Shown: positions 1-10,001 of the stretch, in pieces
Position numbering within the stretch: the stretch's first letter is position 1
Layout: each line of letters starts with the position of its first letter
Assembly (NCBI GenBank): GCA_963771465.1
Contig: CAVYTU010000014.1
Coordinates: 640,001 to 704,000, forward strand
Reading direction: 5' to 3'
DNA length: 64,000 bases
From: an uncultured delta proteobacterium
Lineage (GTDB): Bacteria; Desulfobacterota; Binatia; UBA9968
Notes under the pieces: generated by a model
What the model saw: the letters and a program-made list of their open reading frames with translations, nothing else
Database searches by the model: none
Told to the model about the DNA's origin: nothing
Position numbers and translations under genes: made by a program

Positions 1-447
1 GCCCACTACGATTTTGTTTTGCTTGACTGCCCGCCGTCTTTGGGTTTGCTCACGCTGAATGGGCTCACGGCTGCTGATGAGTTACTGATTCCAATTCAAA
101 GCGAATACTACGCGCTCGAAGGGCTGAGTGCCATCCTGGAAACGATGAATTTGGTGCAGAAGGGCTTGAACCCGGCGCTGCACTTAGAAGGCATCGTCAT
201 TACCATGTTTGACAGCCGCAATCGTCTCTCGCATCAGGTTGTGGAGGAAATTCGCGCTCACTTTCCCGACAAACTCTTTGACACAATTATTCGCCGCAAC
301 GTCCGTCTCAGCGAGAGTCCAAGTTATGGCAAACCGATTTGTTTGTATGATCCGGCTTCGACCGGGGCGTTAGATTATCAAGATTTGGCAAAGGAGTTGA
401 TCACCCGTGGAGAACACGTTGTCAACGCAGAAAAGGGGTTTGGGTAG
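1..447 (+). CDS. parA: ParA/Soj chromosome partitioning ATPase (5' truncated by window edge)
   Basis: Frame open from base 1: YDFVLLDCPPSLGLLTLNGLTAAD, PIQSEYYALEGL, RNVRLSESPSYGKP are typical Soj motifs; overlaps parB. Confidence 0.95.
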   Translation, partial: AHYDFVLLDCPPSLGLLTLNGLTAADELLIPIQSEYYALEGLSAILETMNLVQKGLNPALHLEGIVITMFDSRNRLSHQVVEEIRAHFPDKLFDTIIRRNVRLSESPSYGKPICLYDPASTGALDYQDLAKELITRGEHVVNAEKGFG

Positions 448-1297
448 AGGACTCAGCGCTCTGATTCCTACGGCAGAGCCGCTCACTCAAGCGTCACAAG
501 ATAGTTCACCGAGAGAAGTAGCTGTCGATCGGATTACGCCGAGCCCATTTCAGCCGCGGCGCACTTTCGACGAAGCAAAACTCGAAGAATTGGCAGCGTC
601 GATCCGCTATCAAGGCATCATTCAGCCGCTGGTCGTGCGGCCGCAAGGCGATGGATTTGAGCTGATCGCCGGCGAGAGGCGTTGGCGCGCAGCGATCCGC
701 GCCGGTTTGAGCCGAGTGCCCGTAGTGATTCGTAACGCCAGCGACCATGAGGCATTGCAACTGGCGCTGGTGGAGAATCTCCAGCGCGAAGATTTGAACC
801 CGATCGAAGAAGCGAGCGGTTATCGCCGACTGCAGGAGGAATTTCACTGGAGTCAGGAAGAGATGGCGGATAAGGTTGGCAAGAGCCGGCCGGCGATCGC
901 CAACTCATTGCGTCTGCTCACGCTTCCTACCGAGGTGCAGCAAGAACTGACCGCAGGAAATCTTCCCGCGGGTCAAGCGCGCGCGCTGTTAGGACTTCAC
1001 ACCGAACCCTTGATTATCTCAGCGTGCCGAGAAGTGATCGCCAAAGGGTTATCAACGCGCGAAACAGAAAAAATGGTTCGTAACCTGCTCATCGGCCGCA
1101 AACGCCGCCGCTCATTGCCGCTCGTCGATCCCGATCTAAAAACGGTAGTCGAAAACTTGCAACGTTCCCTGGGAACGCGCGTGCGGCTGTTGCCAAAGGC
1201 GCGATCGACGAAAGGCAAGATCGAGATTGAATACTACACGCTGGCGGATCTGGAGCGGATCATTCAAGTGATTTCGACACGCTTCGTGAGTGCTTAG
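407..1297 (+). CDS. parB: ParB/Spo0J partitioning protein
   Basis: KRGLGRGLSALI N-terminus, FQPRRTF, IAGERRWRAA CTPase box, ENLQREDLNPIEEA, HTH. Confidence 0.96.
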   Translation: MENTLSTQKRGLGRGLSALIPTAEPLTQASQDSSPREVAVDRITPSPFQPRRTFDEAKLEELAASIRYQGIIQPLVVRPQGDGFELIAGERRWRAAIRAGLSRVPVVIRNASDHEALQLALVENLQREDLNPIEEASGYRRLQEEFHWSQEEMADKVGKSRPAIANSLRLLTLPTEVQQELTAGNLPAGQARALLGLHTEPLIISACREVIAKGLSTRETEKMVRNLLIGRKRRRSLPLVDPDLKTVVENLQRSLGTRVRLLPKARSTKGKIEIEYYTLADLERIIQVISTRFVSA

Positions 1298-1342
1298 GAT
1301 TTTTCATTCCCTCAGCGTGAGGCGATTACTCGACGGATGACA

Positions 1343-3400
1343 TTAACTTTTTAACAATGTCTCCAATTCTGCCCAACGGGTCACTGGCGCGGAGCAAGTG
1401 TAGTTGTGGCAGACATAGGCCGTTGGTTTACCATCGATCTGGATCTTACCCTGCAGCAGCGGCGAGATCATTTCTAACGAATCTTGGGGGCCGGCGAGCT
1501 GGAGCGTAAGGTTGGGAAGGTAATGCGAATGGATCGATTGTAAAAGTTGCCGTGTCGCTGGATCGTGCCGCTCACCAATAATGACAACCTCTTTCGGTTT
1601 GGTCAAATAAAAATCCAACGCGCAGAGCAGATGGGCGAAACCAAACGGTTGGCTTTCCATCCCGTCGTAATAAGCGCGCAGCACTTTTTCACCACGCTCG
1701 CGATATTCCTCCCTGCCGGTGAGGTGATGTAAGCGCAGCAGTAACTGTGTCGCGATAGCGTTACCCGATGGGATCGACCCATCGAAGATCGGTTTGGCGC
1801 GACTAATCAATTCCTCATGAGATTTCCCCGTGTAAAAAAAACCGCCGCCGTTGTCGTCCCAAAATTCCCGCAGCATTGTTTCGCATAACTCAATCGCTCG
1901 GTCTAGCAGCGAGCGGTCGAATAACACTTCATAAACATCGAGCAGCCCGACTGCGAGAAAAGCGTAATCATCGAGGTATCCGAGCAGCTTCGCTTGGCCG
2001 TTTTTGTAAGTGTGCAGCAAGAAACCATCGCTAAACAATCTAGTGAAGATGAAATTGATCGTGCGTTGCGTCGCTTCCGTGTATTCATCGCGCGGCGAAA
2101 TCTTCATCGCCGCGGCCAATCCGGACAGCATCAAGCCGTTCCACGCGGTAATGATCTTTTCATCGCGAAACGGCTTGATTCTCTTTTCCCGTGCGCTGAA
2201 CAATTTCTGTTTTGCCGTACGGATTAGCTGTTCGATCTCGGCCGGATCTTTGCCAAAATATTTACCCGCCTGATCGACCGTGAGGATGGGATGAAGAATA
2301 TTTTTCGCTTCGAAATTACCATGCTCGGTGACGTCGTAGATCCGGCCAAAAATCTCGCCGGCATCTTCGCCGATGAGCCGATTGATCTCGTCAGGCGTCC
2401 AGACAAAGAATCGCCCTTCTTCGCCTTCGCTATCGGCGTCCTGAGTCGAGTAAAAACCGCCATCCGACTGCAACATTTCGCGCAGCAAATAGGCGCAAGT
2501 TTCGTCGACCACCGTTTTGAAAAGTGGATTATGGGTTATTTTGAACGCCTCTGCGTAAATGCGCACCAGCTGCGCGTTGTCATAGAGCATCTTCTCAAAA
2601 TGCGGCACGAGCCATTTAGCGTCGACCGAGTAACGATGGAACCCGCCGCCCACATGATCGTAAATACCGCCTTGCGCCATTTTGGTCAGCGTATGGGTGA
2701 CCATTTCCAAATGGCGATCATGGTGCGAGCGATGATAATGGCGCAAAAACAAATCATAGACGCCCGCGTTAGGAAATTTCGGCGCCTGCCCCAGACCGCC
2801 ATTATCGCCGTCGTAGGCGCGAGCGACATTCTCAGCGCCTTCGCTGATGACGTTTGGTAGCAACGTCTTTTCGCTCGGCTGCGCCTCCGACATGCGCTGC
2901 AAAGCGGTCAAGATTTGCGTGACGCTTTTCTCGACATCGACCGGCCGTTCGCGAAACGCTTGATTCACACCCATCAAGACTTTTGGAAAACCCGGCATGC
3001 CGCCACGATCTTCCGGCGGAAAGTAGGTGCCGCCATAAAACGGCTTTCGCTCTGGTGTGAGAAACATGGTCATCGGCCAACCACCGCGTCCGGTCAGCAT
3101 CTGCACCGCGCTCATGTAGATTTCATCCAAATCGGGCCGTTCTTCGCGGTCGACTTTGATGTTGACGAAAAGCTCATTCATCAGCGCGGCGATCTTCTCA
3201 TCCTCAAACGACTCGTGCTCCATGACGTGGCACCAGTGACAGGCGGAGTAACCGATGCTGAGCAGGATCGGCTTATTCTTTGCGCGGGCTTCGGCAAACG
3301 CATCCTCGCCCCAAGGAAACCAGTCCACCGGGTTATGCGCGTGCTGGAGAAGGTACGGACTGGTTTCGTTGATCAGGCGATTGGTATGTTTGTGTTCCAT
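1343..3400 (-). CDS. YyaL/SSP411 family thioredoxin-domain protein
   Basis: [51 protein letters not shown]. Confidence 0.92.
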   Translation of the reverse strand: MEHKHTNRLINETSPYLLQHAHNPVDWFPWGEDAFAEARAKNKPILLSIGYSACHWCHVMEHESFEDEKIAALMNELFVNIKVDREERPDLDEIYMSAVQMLTGRGGWPMTMFLTPERKPFYGGTYFPPEDRGGMPGFPKVLMGVNQAFRERPVDVEKSVTQILTALQRMSEAQPSEKTLLPNVISEGAENVARAYDGDNGGLGQAPKFPNAGVYDLFLRHYHRSHHDRHLEMVTHTLTKMAQGGIYDHVGGGFHRYSVDAKWLVPHFEKMLYDNAQLVRIYAEAFKITHNPLFKTVVDETCAYLLREMLQSDGGFYSTQDADSEGEEGRFFVWTPDEINRLIGEDAGEIFGRIYDVTEHGNFEAKNILHPILTVDQAGKYFGKDPAEIEQLIRTAKQKLFSAREKRIKPFRDEKIITAWNGLMLSGLAAAMKISPRDEYTEATQRTINFIFTRLFSDGFLLHTYKNGQAKLLGYLDDYAFLAVGLLDVYEVLFDRSLLDRAIELCETMLREFWDDNGGGFFYTGKSHEELISRAKPIFDGSIPSGNAIATQLLLRLHHLTGREEYRERGEKVLRAYYDGMESQPFGFAHLLCALDFYLTKPKEVVIIGERHDPATRQLLQSIHSHYLPNLTLQLAGPQDSLEMISPLLQGKIQIDGKPTAYVCHNYTCSAPVTRWAELETLLKS

Positions 3401-3511
3401 GGGTCAGCCTTTCAGCCCGAGAATAAGACCAAGGTAACACAACCTGTAGGTGGCCCAAACTATGGCGATGAAATTACTGAATCACTCGCAAAAGCCATCG
3501 ATGGTCTCCTG

Positions 3512-3715
3512 TCAGCGAACTTTCAGATCGAAAGCCACCGGCCCTTTGTCACCCTTGCGGGTTTGAAACTGGACGGTGTCGCCTTCGTTTATATCTTCGA
3601 TCTGGCCCCGTGGCGCGAGGCTGCTGCGATGGAAGAATACATCCTCACTGCCGTCATCCGGTTTGATAAAGCCAAAGCCCTTATCCCGTATAATTTTCTT
3701 GATCGTTCCGGTCAT
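3512..3715 (-). CDS. Cold shock domain protein
   Basis: RNP1 KGFGFI, RNP2 VFFH, 67 aa, GDKGPVA. Confidence 0.9.
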   Translation of the reverse strand: MTGTIKKIIRDKGFGFIKPDDGSEDVFFHRSSLAPRGQIEDINEGDTVQFQTRKGDKGPVAFDLKVR

Positions 3716-3759
3716 AATTTTCTCGCTCCTGTTAATCTTGCCGATTCAGCCATCCATAC

Positions 3760-3788
3760 TTGACAATCCGTTCCCATCTCCCTAGCGT
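3760..3788 (+). promoter_or_regulatory. Putative sigma-70 promoter of the glycosyltransferase gene
   Basis: TTGACA-N17-TAGCGT. Confidence 0.45.
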
Positions 3789-3819
3789 GTTTACTCGACT
3801 TCATATAACCAAAGCAACC

Positions 3820-4905
3820 TTGAGTTCAATTCTCTATTACATCACCGGTCACGGCTATGGCCACGCGGTGCGCTCGCATCAGGTGATTCGAGCGCTCGCA
3901 AACACACGAGCGGATTTGCGTATTCACGTCCGCACCACGGCGCCTGAATGGTTGTTTTGCAATGTGTCGAAGCCTATTCAGTACAGTCGACAAGCGATCG
4001 ACGCTGGCATCATTCAGAGAGACAGCCTGCGGATGGATCTCAAGGCAACCCTGTCGGAGTGCCAAAACATGTACGATGGTTTCCGGAACCTAATTGATGG
4101 AGAACTTTCCTTCATAAGATCCAACGACATTAATCTGATAATCGGCGATACACCGCCGCTCTGCTTCGAAATTGCCGCTCAGGCCGGGATTCCGTCCGTC
4201 TCGATAACGAACTTTACATGGGATGTAATTTATCGTGCTTACATCGATGAACATCCCGGCTTTCGGCCGCTAGTGGAAAAAATTACTGCATGCTACAGCC
4301 GGGCAACCCTGGCGCTGACACTGCCCTATCCCTGCGACGCCAGTATGTTTCCGCGCCAGCAAGCGATTCCCTGGATCGCCCGCGAGTCTTCATTGAGCAA
4401 AGCTCAAGCGCGACGTCATTTCGACTTGCCAGACAGCGCGACCATCGTATTGCTTAGCTTCGGCGGGTTGGGACTTGGCCGCGTGCCGCTGACGGAGTTA
4501 GTCGAGCAAAGAGAATTCTTTTTCGTCACAACGGGCGTCAACAGAAACCTGGACGGTAATCTGCTGGTCCTGCCCGACACGCAAAGCCAATACGAAGATT
4601 TGGTCCGCGCTGTGGATGTCATCGTCACCAAACCCGGCTACGGCATCGTTGCCGATGTGCTGGCGCATCGTGTGCCAATGCTTTATACCGATCGTGGCAA
4701 TTTTCCCGAATATCCACACTTGGTGCAAGCGTTGAACGACTACGCCACCGCCGATTTCATCCCGCAGGACGAACTGCTTACGGGAAATCTAGCTGTTCAT
4801 CTTCAGCGCGTGCTGCGCAAGGCGCCCAACTGGCCACGAGTGGACCTGAGCGGTGCACCGGTTGCCGCGGCGAAAATTCTCACCATGCTCGATGATTTGA
4901 ATTAG
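3820..4905 (+). CDS. GT-B fold glycosyltransferase-like protein
   Basis: YYITGHGYGHAVRS N-terminal motif, LLSFGG, VTKPGYG; TTG start at 3820 preferred over 3760 because 3760 coincides with the -35 box. Confidence 0.75.
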   Translation: MSSILYYITGHGYGHAVRSHQVIRALANTRADLRIHVRTTAPEWLFCNVSKPIQYSRQAIDAGIIQRDSLRMDLKATLSECQNMYDGFRNLIDGELSFIRSNDINLIIGDTPPLCFEIAAQAGIPSVSITNFTWDVIYRAYIDEHPGFRPLVEKITACYSRATLALTLPYPCDASMFPRQQAIPWIARESSLSKAQARRHFDLPDSATIVLLSFGGLGLGRVPLTELVEQREFFFVTTGVNRNLDGNLLVLPDTQSQYEDLVRAVDVIVTKPGYGIVADVLAHRVPMLYTDRGNFPEYPHLVQALNDYATADFIPQDELLTGNLAVHLQRVLRKAPNWPRVDLSGAPVAAAKILTMLDDLN

Positions 4906-4994
4906 CTCAAAACCCCGTTTTTCATGGCCCTTTTCACGATTATCACTCCTGGTTGACAGGCTGAATTGATTCCTCCAGACTCTAAATTGAGACC

Positions 4995-5936
4995 ATGTCA
5001 GTGGAAAAAGTCATACTCGCTAAACCACGCGGCTTTTGTGCCGGCGTGGAAATGGCGATCGAGACCGTCGATCGGGCGCTTGAGAAACATGGCGCGCCGC
5101 TCTACGTGTTTCATGAGATTGTGCATAACCAGCACGTGGTCGCGGACTTCCAGCGACGCGGCGTGATATTCGTGAATTCCATTGCCGAAGTGCCGCCACG
5201 TTCCAATGTCATTTTCAGCGCCCACGGAGTGTCACCAGTGATCTGGCAACAGGCTAAAGCGAAACAATTGCAATGGGCGATCGACGCCACTTGCCCACTG
5301 GTCGAAAAAGTTCACCGCGAAGTGCGTAAGTTCGTCGCCCAAGGCTATTGGATTTTGCTCGTCGGTCATCGCGATCATGACGAGATTGTTGGCACCAGCG
5401 GCGAGGCACCGGCGCGCACTTTGGTTGTGGAAAATGTGGCTGAAGCTCAGTCCGTAGTTGTGCCCGAGCCTGACAAAGTTGTCGTCTTGACGCAAACGAC
5501 TCTGAGTGTGGATGACACGCGTGAGATCATCGAAGTTTTGCAAGAAAGATTTCCGCGCATGATCACGCCGGCCAAAGAAGATATCTGCTATGCGACTCAA
5601 AACCGCCAGGACGCAGTCAAACGACTCGCTAAAGAGGTACAGTTGGTTTTAGTGATCGGCTCAAAGAACAGTGAAAATTCCAATCAGTTGGTGAAAGTCG
5701 CCCGCTCGCTCGGCCAGCCGGCTTATCTAATCGACGACCAACGCGGGATCGATCCAGCATGGCTGATCGGCGTTTCCCGGGTGGGAATTACCTCCGGCGC
5801 ATCTGTACCCGATCAGTTGGTTCAAGACGTTGTCGAATTTTTCCAACGCCAAGGTGCTCAAGTCGAGCACGTAGGTATGGTCGAAGAGAACATACATTTC
5901 GCCGTGCCGACTGAAATCGCGTCAGCGGCAAATTAA
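4995..5936 (+). CDS. ispH: 4-hydroxy-3-methylbut-2-enyl diphosphate reductase
   Basis: PRGFCAGV, IVHN, FSAHGV, DATCPLV, TQTTLS, DICYATQNRQ, GSKNSENS, TSGASVP. Confidence 0.96.
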   Translation: MSVEKVILAKPRGFCAGVEMAIETVDRALEKHGAPLYVFHEIVHNQHVVADFQRRGVIFVNSIAEVPPRSNVIFSAHGVSPVIWQQAKAKQLQWAIDATCPLVEKVHREVRKFVAQGYWILLVGHRDHDEIVGTSGEAPARTLVVENVAEAQSVVVPEPDKVVVLTQTTLSVDDTREIIEVLQERFPRMITPAKEDICYATQNRQDAVKRLAKEVQLVLVIGSKNSENSNQLVKVARSLGQPAYLIDDQRGIDPAWLIGVSRVGITSGASVPDQLVQDVVEFFQRQGAQVEHVGMVEENIHFAVPTEIASAAN

Positions 5937-5952
5937 CTTTTGGGGAGGTTCT

Positions 5953-6339
5953 ATGGCTCGTATCGTTCACATCGCCGTCAAAGTCGATGATTTGGCAAAG
6001 GCAACGGAGTTTTACGAGAAAAGTTTCGGCTTCGTCGAAGTTCAAACCGGCCAAGTGCGCGATCATACTTCGTGCCATTTAACCGACGGTGCCATCGACC
6101 TCGCGCTGATCAAGTATGACAGCGAAGAGTCGGCGGAATCGCGCGCGGCGGGCATCGGCCCGTGCATCCATCACTTCGGTATCGAAGTGGATGATATGAA
6201 AGTGTCGGCGGCTGAGTTGGCTAAATACGGCTGTGAGATTATTAGCGCGCCTGGTGTGATTCCCATCAAGTTCCGCGCTCCCGGTGGCACCGTGGCTGAG
6301 ATCTCGCCCAAAGCGAGATACAAACAGGCGAAGGATTGA
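5953..6339 (+). CDS. VOC (glyoxalase/bleomycin resistance/dioxygenase) family protein
   Basis: RIVHIAVKVDDL...FYEKSFG, IHHFGIEVDD, APGGTVAEI; SD GGAGG. Confidence 0.85.
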   Translation: MARIVHIAVKVDDLAKATEFYEKSFGFVEVQTGQVRDHTSCHLTDGAIDLALIKYDSEESAESRAAGIGPCIHHFGIEVDDMKVSAAELAKYGCEIISAPGVIPIKFRAPGGTVAEISPKARYKQAKD

Positions 6340-6361
6340 TCCTCAATCGAAAGGTCACGGT

Positions 6362-6832
6362 ATGTCGCTCCATTGCAAAGCTGAAAACATTCCGAACCGC
6401 CAAGTCGTGCGCACGGGCGAACAAGGCGAAGGTTCCATGATCGTCAAGCGCGCCTACGGCACCGAATGCAGCTTGATGCACGCCGTGCGCGCACCCGGAT
6501 ATCACACGACCCCGCATGCCCATGCGGCCGAGCAGATCAATCATGTGCTCCAGGGCGAGATTTGGTTCTTCGTCGAGAATGATGGGTTTCTTTGCAAAGC
6601 GGGCGACTTCCATCGTGTCCCGTCAAACAAGATTCATTGGGCGTGGAACCGTTCGAACGCTGACGCGATCGTTGTCGAAGCGCACTCCCCGGCGTTGGTC
6701 GCGGGGCCACAGAGCGAAGGCTCGATCGGCCTGTTTAGCGATAATGAGAAACCGGCAGCGAAAAATCCGAGCCAGAATAATTTTGTCTCGTTTGACTGGC
6801 AAAGCGTCGAGCAGAAAATCTTTGGCGGTTAA
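6362..6832 (+). CDS. Cupin domain protein
   Basis: PHAHAAEQINHVLQG and GDFHRVPSNKIH cupin motifs 1 and 2; ATG at 6362. Confidence 0.85.
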   Translation: MSLHCKAENIPNRQVVRTGEQGEGSMIVKRAYGTECSLMHAVRAPGYHTTPHAHAAEQINHVLQGEIWFFVENDGFLCKAGDFHRVPSNKIHWAWNRSNADAIVVEAHSPALVAGPQSEGSIGLFSDNEKPAAKNPSQNNFVSFDWQSVEQKIFGG

Positions 6833-6967
6833 CAATCGCATTCGATTTGTCCGAGGGCGAGCGATAGCGCGCTGAACTCTTCTGCCCTACCGGGTTCGTT
6901 ACCAATCCGTCCTCTTGTGAAAAAATCTCAGCGGGCGTAATAACGGCAGTCACATCCGGCGCATTCT

Positions 6968-7429
6968 ATGGGTAGCGATAAAAGCAATCTCATCGCCGCA
7001 GCGTGCCTGGCGGCGTTTGGCATCTACGTTGTCTACGTCGGATCAAAGTTGTCCTATGTATCCGAGGTTGGTCCTGGCCCGGGTTTTTTTCCTTTCTGGA
7101 TCGGTATCGGTCTCCTGGTATTTGGCGCTTATCAAATGGTTTTGAGCTATGCGTCGGCGCGGCGCCACTCCGATCCTGTTGCGCCGCTCTGGTCGGGCTC
7201 CGGCAGGGCTCTCGGTGCATGGCTTGGGTTGGCGGTGGCCATCGCTCTGTTTCGCTGGATCGGTTTCGCCCTGAGCTTTGTCTTGCTGACGATTTTTCTG
7301 ATCGTCGTATTGGATCGCCGTCCGTTCGTGCTCGCCGTCGGTATCGGAGCCGGCCTTGCCCTGGCTTTTTATATTGTGTTCGAATTCGCTCTCGGTGTTT
7401 CCCTACCGAAGGGGCCTTGGGGATTTTGA
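6968..7429 (+). CDS. tctB: Tripartite tricarboxylate transporter small membrane subunit TctB
   Basis: GPGPGFFP motif, about 4 TM segments, C-terminal LGVSLPKG; precedes tctA. Confidence 0.88.
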   Translation: MGSDKSNLIAAACLAAFGIYVVYVGSKLSYVSEVGPGPGFFPFWIGIGLLVFGAYQMVLSYASARRHSDPVAPLWSGSGRALGAWLGLAVAIALFRWIGFALSFVLLTIFLIVVLDRRPFVLAVGIGAGLALAFYIVFEFALGVSLPKGPWGF

Positions 7430-7451
7430 GTCGAGCTGAAGTCGTTAACCC

Positions 7452-8963
7452 ATGGACGCGTTGAGCAACCTTCTGCTTGGATTCTCCGTCGCCCTGACGC
7501 CGATCAATTTGTTTTGGTGTTTCGTCGGTGTGGTGCTCGGCACCGTCGTCGGCGTGCTTCCTGGTCTAGGACCGGCGGCGACCATCGCCATGCTGCTGCC
7601 GCTCACACTCAAATTGGATCCCACCACTGCGATCATCGCGCTGGCGGGCATCTTTTATGGCGCTCGTTATGGCGGTTCGACGACCTCCATACTGCTTAAC
7701 ATGCCTGGGGAGTCGTCTTCGGTGGCGACTTGTCTCGACGGTTATCAAATGGCGCGCAACGGTCGAGCCGGCGCGGCGCTCGGCATCTCCGCCATCGCTT
7801 CATTTATAGCCGGCACCGTCGGCGTGCTCGGACTGATGCTGATCTCCCCGCCCTTGGCACGTTTCGCTTTGCGTTTCGCGCCGCCGGAATATTTCGCTCT
7901 GATGACGTTGGGTCTGGCGATGGTGGTGTTTCTCGCCGGCGACTCGATGGTTAAAGCGCTGCTCATGTTGCTCGTCGGTCTGTGGATTGCGTCCATCGGC
8001 ACCGATCTTTTTACCGCGGAGTCACGTTTCACTTTCGGCCACGCCAAACTGCTCGGCGGCGTTGATTTTATCGCCGCCACGGTGGGTATTTTCGCGGTCG
8101 CCGAAGTGCTGATCAATCTGGAATCACGCATTGGCGGAGAGATTTTAAAAATACCCAGGGGCATAAAAAATTTGCTGCCGACACTGCAAGACCTCAAAGA
8201 CTGCCGTTTCGCATTTCTCAATGGCTCGGTGATCGGTTTCGTTGTCGGCGCGCTGCCTGGCGCGGGTGCGACAGTTGCGTCGTTTCTTTCCTACGGACTT
8301 GAGAAAGCGGTGTCACGCCATCCGGAAAAGTTTGGCACTGGCGTCGTCGAAGGCGTGGCTGCGCCCGAGGGCGCGAACAACGCCGATGCCGGCGGCGCGC
8401 TGGTTCCTTTGCTGACGCTCGGCATTCCCGGCGGTAACACTACGGCTATTCTTCTCGGCGGTCTCATACTCTGGGGCTATCGACCCGGACCGCTCTTGAT
8501 CCAAGAGCATCCAGAGCTTTTTTGGGGCCTAGTGGCGAGCATGTATGTGGGCAATTTTTTGCTTTTAGTTTTGAACCTTCCGTTGGTACCGTTGTTCGCG
8601 CAGATTTTACGTTTACCCAGTTACATTCTCTATCCGTTCATCCTCGGCATCTCCGTTGTCGGTGTCTATAGTGTGAACAACAGTCTGTTCGATGTTGGGA
8701 TGATGGCACTGTTTGGCCTGCTCGGTTATCTGATGCGTAAGCTCGATTTTCCCGCCGCGGCGCTGATCCTAGGGTTAGTTCTCGGCGACGTGCTTGAACG
8801 GGCGTTGCGCCAGTCGTTGATGATGTCGCAGGGTAGCCTGGCGATTTTGGTTACCCGGCCGATCTCGGCGACCTTGCTGTTCATCGCGTTGGTGTTATTG
8901 TGTCTTCCCGCGATTCGCGGAGTGCGCGCTTGGCGGGTTGAGGCGGTGGAACGCGAAAGTTAA
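7452..8963 (+). CDS. tctA: Tripartite tricarboxylate transporter permease TctA
   Basis: VGVLPGLGP, YGGSTTSILLNMPGE, DGYQMA, APEGANNA, PLLTLGIPG. Confidence 0.94.
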   Translation: MDALSNLLLGFSVALTPINLFWCFVGVVLGTVVGVLPGLGPAATIAMLLPLTLKLDPTTAIIALAGIFYGARYGGSTTSILLNMPGESSSVATCLDGYQMARNGRAGAALGISAIASFIAGTVGVLGLMLISPPLARFALRFAPPEYFALMTLGLAMVVFLAGDSMVKALLMLLVGLWIASIGTDLFTAESRFTFGHAKLLGGVDFIAATVGIFAVAEVLINLESRIGGEILKIPRGIKNLLPTLQDLKDCRFAFLNGSVIGFVVGALPGAGATVASFLSYGLEKAVSRHPEKFGTGVVEGVAAPEGANNADAGGALVPLLTLGIPGGNTTAILLGGLILWGYRPGPLLIQEHPELFWGLVASMYVGNFLLLVLNLPLVPLFAQILRLPSYILYPFILGISVVGVYSVNNSLFDVGMMALFGLLGYLMRKLDFPAAALILGLVLGDVLERALRQSLMMSQGSLAILVTRPISATLLFIALVLLCLPAIRGVRAWRVEAVERES

Positions 8964-9007
8964 GCATTTATTTACGGGTTAAATTTTTAGCAAAAGGAGC
9001 GTTGGCA

Positions 9008-9992
9008 ATGAAACGAACTAACTATTCATTACTATTGATCATGGTCGTGATCGGCACACTCGTGTCGAGTCGGGCCTGGAGCCAGGATTTCAAACCCAGC
9101 AAACAGATCGAAACGGTGGTTCACACTGGCGCCGGCGGCGGATCGGATCTATTCGCCCGCGCCATCGCCGAGATGATGCAGAAAGAGAAACTAATTACAG
9201 CAGCGCATGCAGGTCGTCAATAAGCCCGGCGGCGGCCCGGCGGTGGCGATGTCGTATCTCGCCGAAAAAAAAGGCGAGACCCACACGGTCGGTTTTTACA
9301 CCGGCGTTTGGGTGACCAATCCGTTGACCACAGTTGAAGCAACCGTAACCGTGAAAGACTTAACACCGATTGTTCGTTTGGTTTTAGAGCCCGCGGTGAT
9401 CGCGGTCAAAGCCGACTCGCCCTACAAGAACATGAAGGACTTTATCGAGGCGGCGAAGAAAAACCCAAAACAACTGGCACAGTCTGGCGGCACGATTACT
9501 TCGAGGGATAATCTTATGCGCCTGTTGCTGCAAAAGAGCACCGGGGCGCAGTGGAATTTTATTTCGTTCCCAAGCGGCGGCGAGCGACTCGCTTATCTCC
9601 TCGGTGGTCACGGACAAATGATGGTGATCGAACCGCAGGAGGCCGGCGAGCAGATTCGCGCCGGCAATTTGCGGGTTATTGCATCACTGACCGAGAAGCG
9701 ACTGGCCGCTTTGCCCAACGTGCCGACTATCAACGAGCAAGGCATTGACGTTCCGTTGATTCCTCAAGCGCGCGGCATGCTCTTGCCGCCGGCGGCACCG
9801 AAAGAAGTTGTCGCGTATTGGGAAGGCGTGTTCGATGCGTTCGTGAAAACTCCGAGTTGGAAACAGTACGTAGAGCAGAACCAATTCGAAGACTCCTATC
9901 TCAAGGGTCCTGCCCTAAGTAAATTCATCGATGGTTTGACGAATCAAATGCGGGAAGTGCTCAAAGAAGCCGGCGCGAAGGTCGTGCGTTAA
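9008..9992 (+). pseudogene. tctC: TctC/Bug substrate-binding protein split by a +1 frameshift near 9196-9201 (real lesion or sequencing error)
   Basis: ORF1 has signal peptide and GAGGGSDLFAR; ORF2 in the next frame continues QRMQVVNKPGGG; removing one base joins them. Confidence 0.8.
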
Positions 9993-10001
9993 ATTCCGTC
10001 T

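Noticed and set aside
1-3500. parS site or oriC near parAB
   Set aside because: No TGTTTCACGTGAAACA-like palindrome or DnaA-box cluster seen by eye
2915-3763. 282-aa plus-strand ORF
   Set aside because: Antisense shadow of the yyaL-like and csp genes; no motifs
9190-9210. Programmed frameshifting in tctC (and in M24 at 35335)
   Set aside because: No slippery sequence or stimulatory element; simple indels are more likely
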